This document shows, one piece after another, positions 33,001-45,919 of a DNA stretch of 64,000 bases. The stretch is from positions 64,001 through 128,000 of the IMG/VR virus record IMGVR_UViG_3300032304_002285; one strand, 5' to 3'. Origin of the DNA: a virus. Under the pieces are notes generated by a model. It had not been told where the DNA came from, searched no databases, and saw only the letters and a program-made list of their open reading frames with translations. Numbering within the stretch: position 1 is the first letter of the stretch; the number at the start of each line of letters is the position of its first letter. The position numbers were made by a program, and so were the translations under genes.

Positions 33001-33703
33001 TCAGTCTATGGCTCAAAAGAGTGACATTGAAAAGCAAGTGGCTTTTGCCATGAACTCTGCTAAATCCAATGAGGAGACATCGAAAGCAACCCAAGAGTTG
33101 GTAGGGTATGCTTCTGATACTGTTGATGCTATAACAGAGTTGGCTGGTTATTTGACAAAATCCGGGTCTGGTCAGGGCATCAGGAAGCAAGAAAAAGAGC
33201 AAACACTTTCTTTGAAGAAGGTGGCTATCAATGAGAAGAAGGTTCTTTCAAAAGAAGAGCTTCAAAAGAAAGAGGATGATAAAATAGCTAAGGAGTTTTC
33301 AAATCCGTTTGTTGGTAATTATGCTGTTAGTGGACAAAAAACAGATGATTACCAAGCTCAATTGGATGAATCTCCGGGAGAAAAATGGAATAGAGAGCAT
33401 GGAATGAATACAGGAGTTTCTACTGAGACTGCTGGTGTTGGTGCTCAAAAAGAAACCGTATTCCAACGTTCTGCTGGCGGATTGGAGACTGCTCCGGGTC
33501 AGTCTGTTGGGTTTGCTGGTATGGGCGGGGAGTCTAGCTCTGCTGGTGGTGTTGCTAAGGTTACTGGTGAAATCACTGTAAAGTTTGATAATAAGTTGTT
33601 TAAGGCTCAGGTTGCCCAAATTGTTGGAGAGGTTATTAGAACTGCTGATATTCGTAAGGCACTTACTCAGCAAGGTTTTACAAATAGGATGAACGGTGCA
33701 TGA
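27053..33703 (+). CDS. Tape measure protein
   Basis: 2216 aa, A/K/E/S-rich and helical, with a central Gly/Ala-rich hydrophobic region. Canonical position after tube and chaperone genes. Confidence 0.85.
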   Translation: MAGVEDFKDLSDAVVDSGNRMRSSLSEAVGAAREMDRVLEAVSKQQTRSLRVSSSYDSSIKSTAVQLKQIKKGAAGVRDTIRAATAAFTSANKALKDFNKLTEDSVDELKEISKVDLSLSGLDSASKNMSAMAKAALELNKAQKGSVAISRQYESTTRDLSENLLKIVGSLKSAATNIRSFNRELKSGKKLGESFRDSLGNMNFEGKISFSVDDSSLASVQDVINNLQKELSADLSVDLGGGKKSKEEVLTEKHYKLDEAYAKRKLSKGESESIEVSQKILREQIRSRKSEGISATAAGKSLDAAKVPKLEGSDFSKPKGLSLDYSMFDKVIAQLTKNNRFTKTMGRDSSTTSKDIGAMADEALTKGSLYTHDAVLENLLKKQIDILNKQVDIEKSGPQNSASITRQIDLSAELAKFKKMLSSLDDLGAGVQTKVRQRIRRKKNSMSAEDAFSDVVPSLKGELDEAGKKSKGAATADLVPKEWDKEIKKINKGMLVLKNTMKNSSSWFEMEHAKEKLEELAVEAQNLRSFKEIVKDFDEAELAELRLAIATGKLNEKMVEIIGNKDEFSDVFNSQAEAAKAAAESDSSLEKEMNKKFSVMGKLNKKFEEGKEEAIKFTGGSTMAGGAMAAGGLAALFLAKELGELAEKYKEAAIGLSEFNVEMDAQSTKAFGSGATDTAFKKIRSELHLTKKEAGGFFDVLTEGYLGGVVSVQKLVAAGNQLKHTFGGDQTKRLKEYVELLKEIPTIETDLSISANSDDKTAALFALAQKGKISTVMELQAAGLAGGVKTMDRASKEDVKLLNAAHSTEKAVQDIKDAMLNKFFPTWGPQFAAITENTAEISKLLLKVVVLAGAMKAFGAMSKLGGISGIAGKMGMGAAAGGAPGAAGLAAGVSAKAFGALNVALGSFATTVALAGVAFGVAGHLVQKSADKSEEAGDTVAAEQKRFSAGILKTTATIATFAVIGSLVPVIGTVAGALAGLAVGIYQNEKNLSGLESDKVITGTLGKVNEILERGMMDRQSKQQTAALEFQKTFNRLNSETNNAKKELFEFRKGLAEVNLKSLAELGGTAAEFDQAFKTLTGSITGRFDLMKKAFDKSRFDILNNGKLDAQTRRMALDKLHKSELDSAREFVEGMKAAAESLYKSPELIKKQLQAKIAKATFDLNLEGRVFEASESGEMLMKEIHTAVSEQKKTVEQANKAVGIAAKTQIGMSQDKINTQGKMVKKFSSGNDDVSRGIRESVNINPEMVAAVEFDQSKMGDISSEAAEVITKNLVQSADGKIAIPKDIYNSLTDSAKEALGETADIITSRYNIDFNQLQASLKKVSDELDSVQKESDDFAAKVSSTASTSLPGLIMAMKKNNSELRAYDEAIAKSEKTLSTETDTGKINAARRDIKEARENKQQLQEEQGKNQDILNKKAGQLVETMKTKGGPNKDKVIEGFHAYIKSVQDGDSEKEVLNEKELSRLFQVKDGLTGMAGQDFQNLQKMMENDSKQDALLKQKEALSSLNVDTSESINMIQEEELRRIDETAKTEMAVRESIRKMAQMLSVELDDRSRELELLNIRSSVDAAIGDSVENQVAKMSKQVEVYEERLSLNKELNGKIQEELVNWNQQKGDLEKAIEKAEESGDTDALKKFKGDLSYVKGRIKVANEELKSVEGLANEMGQKILEAASSFQDVFSSLSEDVKFKAVSKKMDLSSAMNELANYSDSWKSMTKESFEISLKASQERLKMEKEAIKSTLPEKMKSINDYYDSLLKKGEDPNKVEAGRQSSINSLQVGVLEELAKKEVEQKRSVVEAAKKEMDLADAHIEARQQVVEAEASFLADIGGSWKQVLDLQYQSVAYEKEKADIAAEYTRKLEASGERGLVLDQARSAARLAELKYQQKALGAQRNAYEKLAGMAFGSIRDSYGIRSNTNSPTFMMGRENTQVKTRSGMYRSAGKEGVLSIEQRSANAQLAGFGTPAGAKKPTDEVLDKSMSELTQSMAQKSDIEKQVAFAMNSAKSNEETSKATQELVGYASDTVDAITELAGYLTKSGSGQGIRKQEKEQTLSLKKVAINEKKVLSKEELQKKEDDKIAKEFSNPFVGNYAVSGQKTDDYQAQLDESPGEKWNREHGMNTGVSTETAGVGAQKETVFQRSAGGLETAPGQSVGFAGMGGESSSAGGVAKVTGEITVKFDNKLFKAQVAQIVGEVIRTADIRKALTQQGFTNRMNGA

Positions 33704-36192
33704 GCAATCCAACAGTAACAGTAGGTAGTACTATTCCGGTTCCTGCTGATCCATCTTTGGTTCGGAATGTATTTTCGTTATTGCAATTTACTTCTCAAAC
33801 ATTTAAGAATTATAAATTAGCTGAGAGGGCAACTTTTTCTCCCTCTGGTGCTGGTGATTTATTTTTCATGTCTGTTCCTCTTGGTGATTTATTGGCTGCT
33901 AAGCCTGGGTTTACAACACAAGAGGCATGGGATAAGAATGATAAGAATTTCATGTCTGTTTTTGTGACTCCTGCTGAGACAATGAATGCAGTAATGCCAA
34001 AGATAATAATTCCGTCAGATGCTCTTGTTTCTAATGGGGTGGATTCTTCTGGCGGTTCTAGTGCATGGTGGGCTTTTGACGCTAGCTATAAAGACTTGTT
34101 TAATTGGAAGATTTTAACTGTAAATGGTAGTGCTATATCTGCCAGTGATTATTATCAATATGCTCAGGTTGGTGGCAATTTTGCGTCTCAATATGTTGTT
34201 TCTAAAAAGCCAGATGATACAACCGCGAATAATGTAGTGGTTTGGGAATTGAATAACCCAGCTAATCCCCCTTTAGGAAGCTGGGATGAGACAAAGCTAG
34301 TTGGGGGTGGGGCTTTCATTATGATGTTGAATGTTACCCCGCTAAATCCTTCAAATGTTGATCCTGATCAGGTTCAACAAAAATCATGGAGTGTAAAAAT
34401 AGAGTTTGGTGATGTTACCATGACGTTGAACCAAACTGGAGCATTGGATGTTGTATTGACGGGGACAGGATCTTCTCAAGATAATCAAAAGGCGAATTTG
34501 ATTTCTGGTCAGGCTTCTCAGGCTTCTCCACAGAAGGAGCAAATGAACGAAAAGAATCCTTATTGGATAACTGTTTATCCGGTATGGAATGGCATTGTTG
34601 TAACAAGTGGTATTTCGGATTCACCGGCTGCTTTGGCTTCTACTGCTCAATATATTGTAAAAAACAGAAAAGCATCCATTAGGAATTCTCCATATTCTAC
34701 TTGGTTTAATCCAGTATCCCCAGCAGACGTTGCTGTTACTTCTCCTGCTGATGTAAGTGTAAATTTTGGGACCAAAGTAACTCTTACAGCAACAGCTTGT
34801 GGTTTGGATTTTTCTTATGTTCCTTGTTTTTATACAACGGATGCTTCTTTTGATCAATTCTTTATAGCCAATGATGATATTCCGAATCAAATATCTTATG
34901 ATTTTGATATGTATGCTATTTATACATTAAATGGCACAGCTTATACTTTAACAAAAACAATTTCTAGTACTGGCGTTGCTGGCTCTGCTGCTCAAACTCA
35001 TTTTGAAAAATGTGCATGGGATATGGCATTGGCTGGTGGAAAGTTTTTAAGATATGCTCCTCAAGTTTTTGGTTCTGTTTTGGCAGTAGAAGAGACAAAT
35101 CAATATCCGATAAAAAATGGCAATGGGGCATTTAGTCTAACTTGGTCGGGTGGTACTCCGGGTGATCCTAGTCCATCAGCAAGCTGGCAGGATTATATCC
35201 AATCTATAAGTGTTACCTTGAGTGAAGACGGTTCAATGGGATCTATTGTTGTTGATAAATATGGGATTGCAGGACAAGATGCTGTGGCTGTTCAGAGCAT
35301 TGGTGCTATTACGATTGATGCAACAGGGGGATTTGGGACTGTAGCAGGAACCATTTTTAAAGGCTTGGGAATGGGGATTGCTGAAAACATAAATTCAGAC
35401 GGGTCTTCCTGGACAATTCCTCTTGTTGGGTTGGAAAAGAAGCTTGATGATATTGCCTTGATAAATATTCCATACTTTGATGGGAAGACAATTTCTGACG
35501 CTGTGATCTTCTTATGTAAGTATGCTGGAATTACTTATGATTTTACTTCTGCTGCTGGTACTACAGATAAGCTTGGAATTTCTGAAGATTTAAATGTTCC
35601 TCGTTTTGATTGGAAAACAGGTACAACTGTAAAAACAGCTTTGGATCAAATAATGGTTGAGATGGGTTTTCGTTATTTGGTTATTGATGGGGTTGTTCAT
35701 TTGTATGATATTAATACTTCGGGTATGCCATCAACTCCGGGTCCTGATAGAAATGCAGGAGGAACGGTTTACCCAAATACCAAAGTGATCACAATAGATC
35801 GGACTCCTGATTTTGAAGATTTAAGAAATGAGGTTGTTTCTACTGCGATGAGGGCAGTTACGGATGGGGAGAATGCTCAATTTGATGATATTCCTGTTGA
35901 TCCTCTTTTGGTTGCAAAATCTCAAACAACTACTCCGGATATTCCATGGTCTCGTGCTGCATTTTTTGCTGAATCTGGCTTGATGACGTTGAGCGAATTA
36001 ACTACCATTGTAAATAAAAGATTGAAGTTGTCTAAGAAATATAACATTTCCGGGAAGACAACAATTCCAGGAAATGCTAATATTAAACCCTTTGATGTGT
36101 GGAATGGATCTTATATTGGAAGTGTGACGCATAATTTGGATTTTATAGGGAAGTCTTGGACAACGGATATAGAGTTGTTTACATATGGATAA
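33700..36192 (+). CDS. Putative distal tail/baseplate hub protein
   Basis: 830 aa directly after the TMP. The C-terminal part (GSIVVD...KTTIPGNANIKPFD...SVTHNLD...WTTDIEL) resembles a hub/Tal fold. Confidence 0.55.
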   Translation: MSNPTVTVGSTIPVPADPSLVRNVFSLLQFTSQTFKNYKLAERATFSPSGAGDLFFMSVPLGDLLAAKPGFTTQEAWDKNDKNFMSVFVTPAETMNAVMPKIIIPSDALVSNGVDSSGGSSAWWAFDASYKDLFNWKILTVNGSAISASDYYQYAQVGGNFASQYVVSKKPDDTTANNVVVWELNNPANPPLGSWDETKLVGGGAFIMMLNVTPLNPSNVDPDQVQQKSWSVKIEFGDVTMTLNQTGALDVVLTGTGSSQDNQKANLISGQASQASPQKEQMNEKNPYWITVYPVWNGIVVTSGISDSPAALASTAQYIVKNRKASIRNSPYSTWFNPVSPADVAVTSPADVSVNFGTKVTLTATACGLDFSYVPCFYTTDASFDQFFIANDDIPNQISYDFDMYAIYTLNGTAYTLTKTISSTGVAGSAAQTHFEKCAWDMALAGGKFLRYAPQVFGSVLAVEETNQYPIKNGNGAFSLTWSGGTPGDPSPSASWQDYIQSISVTLSEDGSMGSIVVDKYGIAGQDAVAVQSIGAITIDATGGFGTVAGTIFKGLGMGIAENINSDGSSWTIPLVGLEKKLDDIALINIPYFDGKTISDAVIFLCKYAGITYDFTSAAGTTDKLGISEDLNVPRFDWKTGTTVKTALDQIMVEMGFRYLVIDGVVHLYDINTSGMPSTPGPDRNAGGTVYPNTKVITIDRTPDFEDLRNEVVSTAMRAVTDGENAQFDDIPVDPLLVAKSQTTTPDIPWSRAAFFAESGLMTLSELTTIVNKRLKLSKKYNISGKTTIPGNANIKPFDVWNGSYIGSVTHNLDFIGKSWTTDIELFTYG

Positions 36193-36204
36193 GGAGAATT
36201 TTTA

Positions 36205-36408
36205 ATGTCTAGCGTAGGTAAGTGGTTTAGAGGAGCGATGACAAGTGATTCTGCTGCTAGGCTTTCTCAATATAGGACAATGGCAAAGACGGGTCCTAAT
36301 TATGTTATGACAGGGGAACCAACAAAAGATCCAGATAAAGCTCCTCCTGATGTTAATTATATTATAGCGGGTCAGTCTGAAGTTGGCGGGGATGAGGTGG
36401 CAGGATGA
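36205..36408 (+). CDS. Small hypothetical tail-region protein
   Basis: 67 aa with AAGGAG RBS. Confidence 0.6.
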   Translation: MSSVGKWFRGAMTSDSAARLSQYRTMAKTGPNYVMTGEPTKDPDKAPPDVNYIIAGQSEVGGDEVAG

Positions 36409-37325
36409 TTTACAAAAATAAAACTAAAATTCTTGGCATTCCTGTTCATGGTCTTGGAGATCGTATTATTCCAGAAGTGGAATTGCAACGATTTCAGATT
36501 ATTGAGAACATGCTTATTGCAGGAACACAGGGAGTAAAAAATTGTGTTTTTGATGATGGGTTGTTTTCTATTGATCCAGAAACAGAAAACACTTTCATTG
36601 TTACACTGAAGGCGACTGGTTGTTCTCCATCGGCTTCAGGGTTGGTTGGTGGGGCTTATTTTTTTGGTTCTCCAGTCCTTTCATGGAAAAACTTAAACAG
36701 GGGTTATGTTTATCATCTTTATCTTCGTGGGTTAAACAAAACCTTTGAAGATCCGTCTTCTATTGCAGAGGTTTCTTCTTTATATCCAATAGAGGGGGAT
36801 AATGTCTTAATCGCCATTGCAGATTGTAGGGCAGATGTTCCAAAAATTAACACCAATCCCGATGGCAAGGTTTATTCTTGTGATCTTGCTGCTCATATTA
36901 ATGACGTTGAAAATCCTCATGGTAGGTCTGTGATTCAAGATAAGCTTTATGTTCGGGAAAAAATTTGTTTATATAGTCCTGAAGGTAAAGGAGCAGAAGT
37001 TGAGATTTTGGTTGATGGTGTTGCAAAACAAATTCCTGTAAATTTGCTCCCCGGAGCGGCATTAGAGCTTGCAGGAAGAAAGGTTGTGACTATAGATTTT
37101 CTTTCTTTAGGTTCCGCTGGAAAAATAATTGAAATTCCAGATATTAATAAGGTGTTGTTTGTTCAGGTGTCTCGGAGGTTTTCCGATAATATGGATAAGG
37201 TTTTGGGAGAAACTATGATCGGTTATTATTCAGAAGATCCAAGCCTCCACCTTCCTTCCGAATTCTCTGTTTATAATTCCGGGGATTCTGATATCCCTTT
37301 GAGAGCATTAGCTTATTGCTGGTGA
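36405..37325 (+). CDS. Putative tail/baseplate protein
   Basis: 306 aa, translationally coupled, upstream of the fibre gene. Confidence 0.55.
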   Translation: MIYKNKTKILGIPVHGLGDRIIPEVELQRFQIIENMLIAGTQGVKNCVFDDGLFSIDPETENTFIVTLKATGCSPSASGLVGGAYFFGSPVLSWKNLNRGYVYHLYLRGLNKTFEDPSSIAEVSSLYPIEGDNVLIAIADCRADVPKINTNPDGKVYSCDLAAHINDVENPHGRSVIQDKLYVREKICLYSPEGKGAEVEILVDGVAKQIPVNLLPGAALELAGRKVVTIDFLSLGSAGKIIEIPDINKVLFVQVSRRFSDNMDKVLGETMIGYYSEDPSLHLPSEFSVYNSGDSDIPLRALAYCW

Positions 37326-37331
37326 GATTAA

Positions 37332-41528
<4,197 letters not shown>

Positions 41529-41530
41529 GT

Positions 41531-43747
41531 ATGGCTCAAATAATCACAGGAAGTCGTTGGTCTAGTCCAAGACCTTTGACATATCGGTTATTAAACGGGA
41601 ATGATATTCTTTTAGATCCTTATACAAGCGTTGCTGAGGCTGATCTTGGTGTTATTGAAAGTCCAGTAGAAGGGCAGATGGCTATAGATTCATTAGGGAT
41701 AAGTTGGCAGTATTTGTCTGGGAGGTGGGGTGCATTTATTTTTGACCCATATACAAAATTACTATTGCACGGATTTAGTTATAATGGTTCAACAACTATT
41801 ATAGATAGTTCGCCATATCCTAAATCTTTATCCATTGTTGGAAATACTAATATATCAACAACTACATCAAAATTTGCTGATAAAAGTAGTATATATTTTG
41901 ATGGAAGTGGAGATTATTTAAATGCTGAAAACTTTGCTAGCTGGAATTTTTCAACTAATAATTTTTGTTTAGAATTTTGGCTTAGAAGTTCAGCTTCTAT
42001 TACAAACTCAAAATATATTTGTTATTTAGAAAATACTGCTGGTACAGAATATATTAGCATTTCACTAAATAATCGTTATGATGTTGGTGGGCCAGATTAT
42101 GGAATTATTGTGGGTGTAAATGCGTCATGGATGGGTTATGGAGCAAATGGCAGTTTGACAGATACTAATTGGCATCATTTTGCATTAGTAAGAAATGGAA
42201 ATACTATACTAATGTATATTGATGGAAATTTAGGTAATAGTTTAGCATTTTCAAATCCTATAAATCTCCTTGGCACAAAGAAATATTTTGGTGGTTATGG
42301 ACCAGACTTACCGCAATATAGTATTGATGGATATATGTCTGATATTAAATTATCTGTTGGTACTGCACGATATACTGATGAGTTTACACTTCCTATTATT
42401 CCACATTCAGATTTATCAACGGGTAATGACGGATATACATCATTATTAATTCATGGTACAGGAAGTGATGGAAGTATATTAATCCAAGATTATAGCCCAC
42501 AAACAAAGAGCGTATCCATTGTTGGGAATACGAATATTTCAACGGCTCAAAGTAAATTAGGGAATGGTTCAATTTGTTTTGATGGGAGTGGTGATTCTAT
42601 AACAGTTGCAGATAATGTAGATTTTAGTTTGGGTAGTTTAGATTTTACTATTGATTGTTGGGTTTATTTGACAACATTGGATCAAAATCAAGTTTTTTGG
42701 TCTTCTGTTTATACTGATGGTGCGTTTTCTTTCAGTTTTAATCATGCAACTTCGGGGAAACAGGGTTTGAATATTGGTTGCTGGTCTACCGGATGGGTGT
42801 TGGTATTTTATATTTATCAAGGAAATAAAACTGGTTGGACTGTTAATAGTTGGAATCATGTAGCAGTAGTTAGAAGTGGGAATATAATTACATTATATCT
42901 TAATGGGGTTGCGGTTGCGAATGGGTCATGTTCTTCCGCTATTCCTGCTTATAATCAACATTCAATAGGCAGTGTGATTTCAGAACAATATTTAAACGGT
43001 TATATGCAAGAATTTAGATTTTCTAAAGGAATAGCCAGATGGGTAGATAATTTTACTCCTAACAGCCTGCCATACAAAGGTGGAGAATGGGACGGGGTTG
43101 ATGAATACACAAAGTTATTATTACGTTTTGATGGAGTTAATGGTCAAAATACAACAGTAGATAGTAGTCAGTATAATCACACAATTTCTATGTATAATGG
43201 GGCTAATTTAACAACAACCGTAAAATATTTTGGTACTACTGCATTGTTGTTAGATGGTTCAGATGATTATTTATCCACGCCTCAAAGTAGTGATTTTAAT
43301 TTTGCTGGTGATTTTACGATAGAGTTCTTTGTAAGCTTTAATAATCCTGCAAGTCTTGGATATTTAATAGGTAATGGTAATTTGCAACTTGGAACAGATG
43401 GGTGGTCAATTGGAAGGAATTCTGGTGGTTTTATTTGGATATCTTATACGGGGGTTTCTATAAGTTGTAATGCCGATGGTTGGACAGCAGGAATATGGCA
43501 TCATGTTGCTCTTGTTAGAAGTGGAAGTTCAATAAAAGTATATAGAGATGGAGTTCAAGATACTAGTCAATACGCAACAGCAACAGATTCGTCTAATTGG
43601 GTTTCTTCTAATCCACTACAGATAGGAAAGGCTCCTGCTGGCAATAGTTATATGTTTTCGGGGTATTTGGATGAGGTTAGAATATTGAATGGATATGCTA
43701 AGTATACCCAAAACTTCTCGGTTCCTTACAAGCAAGTTGGAGTATAA
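41531..43747 (+). CDS. Triple LamG/concanavalin-A-like domain tail protein
   Basis: Three repeats of T.LLLH/R.DG...FDGSGDYL...FTIEFW...WHHVALVR.G...Y.DG...GY.DE.R. Start at ATG 41531. Confidence 0.85.
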   Translation: MAQIITGSRWSSPRPLTYRLLNGNDILLDPYTSVAEADLGVIESPVEGQMAIDSLGISWQYLSGRWGAFIFDPYTKLLLHGFSYNGSTTIIDSSPYPKSLSIVGNTNISTTTSKFADKSSIYFDGSGDYLNAENFASWNFSTNNFCLEFWLRSSASITNSKYICYLENTAGTEYISISLNNRYDVGGPDYGIIVGVNASWMGYGANGSLTDTNWHHFALVRNGNTILMYIDGNLGNSLAFSNPINLLGTKKYFGGYGPDLPQYSIDGYMSDIKLSVGTARYTDEFTLPIIPHSDLSTGNDGYTSLLIHGTGSDGSILIQDYSPQTKSVSIVGNTNISTAQSKLGNGSICFDGSGDSITVADNVDFSLGSLDFTIDCWVYLTTLDQNQVFWSSVYTDGAFSFSFNHATSGKQGLNIGCWSTGWVLVFYIYQGNKTGWTVNSWNHVAVVRSGNIITLYLNGVAVANGSCSSAIPAYNQHSIGSVISEQYLNGYMQEFRFSKGIARWVDNFTPNSLPYKGGEWDGVDEYTKLLLRFDGVNGQNTTVDSSQYNHTISMYNGANLTTTVKYFGTTALLLDGSDDYLSTPQSSDFNFAGDFTIEFFVSFNNPASLGYLIGNGNLQLGTDGWSIGRNSGGFIWISYTGVSISCNADGWTAGIWHHVALVRSGSSIKVYRDGVQDTSQYATATDSSNWVSSNPLQIGKAPAGNSYMFSGYLDEVRILNGYAKYTQNFSVPYKQVGV

Positions 43748-43820
43748 GGACGTACTATAAGTGAATCCACAGATACAAGAAGGAACAACTAGCATTCTCA
43801 TCCTTGCTTCTGGGGATATT

Positions 43821-44060
43821 ATGGGTTTTTGTTGTTGTTCTGATGGATTTATTTACAGATATGATCCTTGTACTGTAAAAATTCAACCGTATGCTTTTAA
43901 GTATGATCCTTGTATTGTGTGGTTTTATAATTTTACTTATGAATATGCGGCTTGTACTTATTATGAAACTCAGCTTTCTTATGAATATGCGGCTTGTACT
44001 TATTATGAAACTCAGCTTTCTTATGAATATGCAGAATGTACTTATCCAAGTTATTATTAA
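43821..44060 (+). CDS. Tyr/Cys-rich small protein with tandem repeats
   Basis: MGFCCCS...(YEYAACTYYETQLS)x2 YEYAECTY. ATG 43821 behind GGGGA; GTG 43761 is an alternative start. Confidence 0.5.
   Translation: MGFCCCSDGFIYRYDPCTVKIQPYAFKYDPCIVWFYNFTYEYAACTYYETQLSYEYAACTYYETQLSYEYAECTYPSYY
43937..44045 (+). repeat. 42-bp tandem repeat, about 2.6 copies
   Basis: TTATGAATATGCGGCTTGTACTTATTATGAAACTCAGCTTTC twice, plus a partial third copy. Confidence 0.9.
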
Positions 44061-44084
44061 GATAAAGTTAAAGGATTTAGTTTT

Positions 44085-44870
44085 ATGGCTAATATTAGAG
44101 TTCCAATGAATTTTGGGGAAGCTTGTCGAGTTAATGGCATTGCTTATGGCAAGGTTTATGATGCGGGAGTTAGCGTAACGGGGGTTGTTTATGTTGCTAA
44201 TAATTTGTGGAGAGTCCCTTACGTTGCTCATGGTTTGGTTGCAGGATGCGGTGTTTATTTAAGTATATCTGGTACTGGTGGTTCGTATTCAGGGACCTTG
44301 CCTGTTTATTCAGTAATAGATGCTGATAATTTTTATGTTATGAATATTACTGGAATATATATAGGTCATTCTTCCAGTGGTATATGTAAGAAGACACAAC
44401 CTTCAGTTGGCCAAGCAACAGATTCGATAGAGGATGGGGACGCAACCGGATATGCTGATTATACTTGGTATTATGATGATAATGGAAGAGGGGGTGGGGG
44501 TGCTCATAGAATTTGGACGGCTTGCCAAATGGCTGTTTGTAATTTGCCAGTAAATTGTCACGATGTTTATGCTGGAGAACCTGTAAATGAAGTTTACAGG
44601 ACTCTTAGCTTAATTACAGTAACCAGAAGTGGAGTTCTGAGGGTGTGGCATGATTATCGGGAAAGAGGCGCGATAGCTGGTTATATTTATATAAATGATG
44701 TTTATGTAGGAACGACCGAAGGTGGTCAAAGTAATGCTGTTCCATATAGATTAATAGCAGGTGACGTAGTAACAGCAGCTACTAAATGGGCGAAGTCCCA
44801 TTATAGTGTGCCAGGGTATGACTTACAGGGTCATGTTGGATCTGTCTTTCTTCCTTATACTTGGCCATGA
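44085..44870 (+). CDS. Putative receptor-binding/fibre-associated protein, paralog A
   Basis: HGL..G..V.ISG...D.D.F beta-barrel pattern, then YTWYYDD.G.G...HR.W..C shared with the next gene. Confidence 0.5.
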   Translation: MANIRVPMNFGEACRVNGIAYGKVYDAGVSVTGVVYVANNLWRVPYVAHGLVAGCGVYLSISGTGGSYSGTLPVYSVIDADNFYVMNITGIYIGHSSSGICKKTQPSVGQATDSIEDGDATGYADYTWYYDDNGRGGGGAHRIWTACQMAVCNLPVNCHDVYAGEPVNEVYRTLSLITVTRSGVLRVWHDYRERGAIAGYIYINDVYVGTTEGGQSNAVPYRLIAGDVVTAATKWAKSHYSVPGYDLQGHVGSVFLPYTWP

Positions 44871-44878
44871 GGTGATTC

Positions 44879-45661
44879 ATGTCAGATGCTACTACTGTTT
44901 ATGCTCCTAATAATTATGGTTATGCTTGGAAGCATTTTTCTACCCATACAACAGTAACAGGGGGTGAAACTTCCCTTGCGACTTGTTATGGGTTGGTGAG
45001 GTTTCCTGAGACAAATGTAACGGGTGAGATCAATAGTAATTATGTAATGGAAATTGTATGGCCTAGTCATGGCATGGTATTAACAAATTTTGTAAAAGTA
45101 AATATGGTTAACAGTTCAGCGAATGTGGTTGATGGAACCTATCCTGTGGTGATGATTCCGGACGCTGATCATTTTGTTATTTCATTTCCAGGATGGATGT
45201 ATAATGGGAATTACACAGGGACGGCTCAGCTTCAACAGCCACTTCCTGGAGTTCCAACTATTTCTGTTGGCGCAACCGATGTTTTGAATTATCAGTCATA
45301 TACTTGGTATTATGATGATAGTTCTTTGGGTTTAGGACCTGTACACAGAACTTGGGACCCATGCGATGTATGTGTAAGTCAATTGCCTCAGCACTCTAGA
45401 TTAAACATCCTTCACACAGAGATGCCAGTTGAATTTACCGTTCCACTTGATGGAGTAATGAGATTTTGGAGTAGCACTGCTTTTTTTTTCCGTGTATCTA
45501 TCAATGGATATGTTTGGTATACTCCGACAAATCCCGCGTTTTATTATGCTTATCCATTGAGGGTAAAGGCTGGTGACGTAATAAAAATGGAGCTTGGAAG
45601 TGGAAGTGGTGACTTTTCTTATGTTTTTCTTCCCTATGAATGGCCCCCAACAACCCCTTAA
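44879..45661 (+). CDS. Putative receptor-binding/fibre-associated protein, paralog B
   Basis: YTWYYDDSSLGLGPVHRTWDPC and a C-terminal VFLPY.WP shared with paralog A. Confidence 0.5.
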   Translation: MSDATTVYAPNNYGYAWKHFSTHTTVTGGETSLATCYGLVRFPETNVTGEINSNYVMEIVWPSHGMVLTNFVKVNMVNSSANVVDGTYPVVMIPDADHFVISFPGWMYNGNYTGTAQLQQPLPGVPTISVGATDVLNYQSYTWYYDDSSLGLGPVHRTWDPCDVCVSQLPQHSRLNILHTEMPVEFTVPLDGVMRFWSSTAFFFRVSINGYVWYTPTNPAFYYAYPLRVKAGDVIKMELGSGSGDFSYVFLPYEWPPTTP

Positions 45662-45672
45662 TCTGTGTTTTT

Positions 45673-45903
45673 ATGATTGATGTAGAAAAACTTAAAGAAG
45701 CCTTGGTTCATTCTATTTTTGGGCGGTATAATGAGGCTGCACAGCTAATTGTAGCCAGTAGGGCTCCTGCTGTTGGGTTGAGAGTAGAAGACATTAGAGA
45801 GGCTATTTTAAGGGTAGAGAGTCAAGAATTACAAGAGGGTCATGATTTCCTTCCTCATCCTGATTGGAGACCCAACACGGGTTCTGGTTGTTGTTGTAAA
45901 TAG
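45673..45903 (+). CDS. Small hypothetical protein ending GSGCCCK
   Basis: 76 aa from ATG 45673. Confidence 0.55.
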   Translation: MIDVEKLKEALVHSIFGRYNEAAQLIVASRAPAVGLRVEDIREAILRVESQELQEGHDFLPHPDWRPNTGSGCCCK

Positions 45904-45919
45904 AGAAAGGTGGCTATAG

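Noticed and set aside
43937-44045. CRISPR-like repeat
   Set aside because: The 42-bp units are contiguous with no spacers and are in-frame coding repeats. No cas genes are seen.
44085-45661. Diversity-generating retroelement target/template pair
   Set aside because: The paralogs differ at all base types rather than only at adenines, and no reverse transcriptase is in the window.
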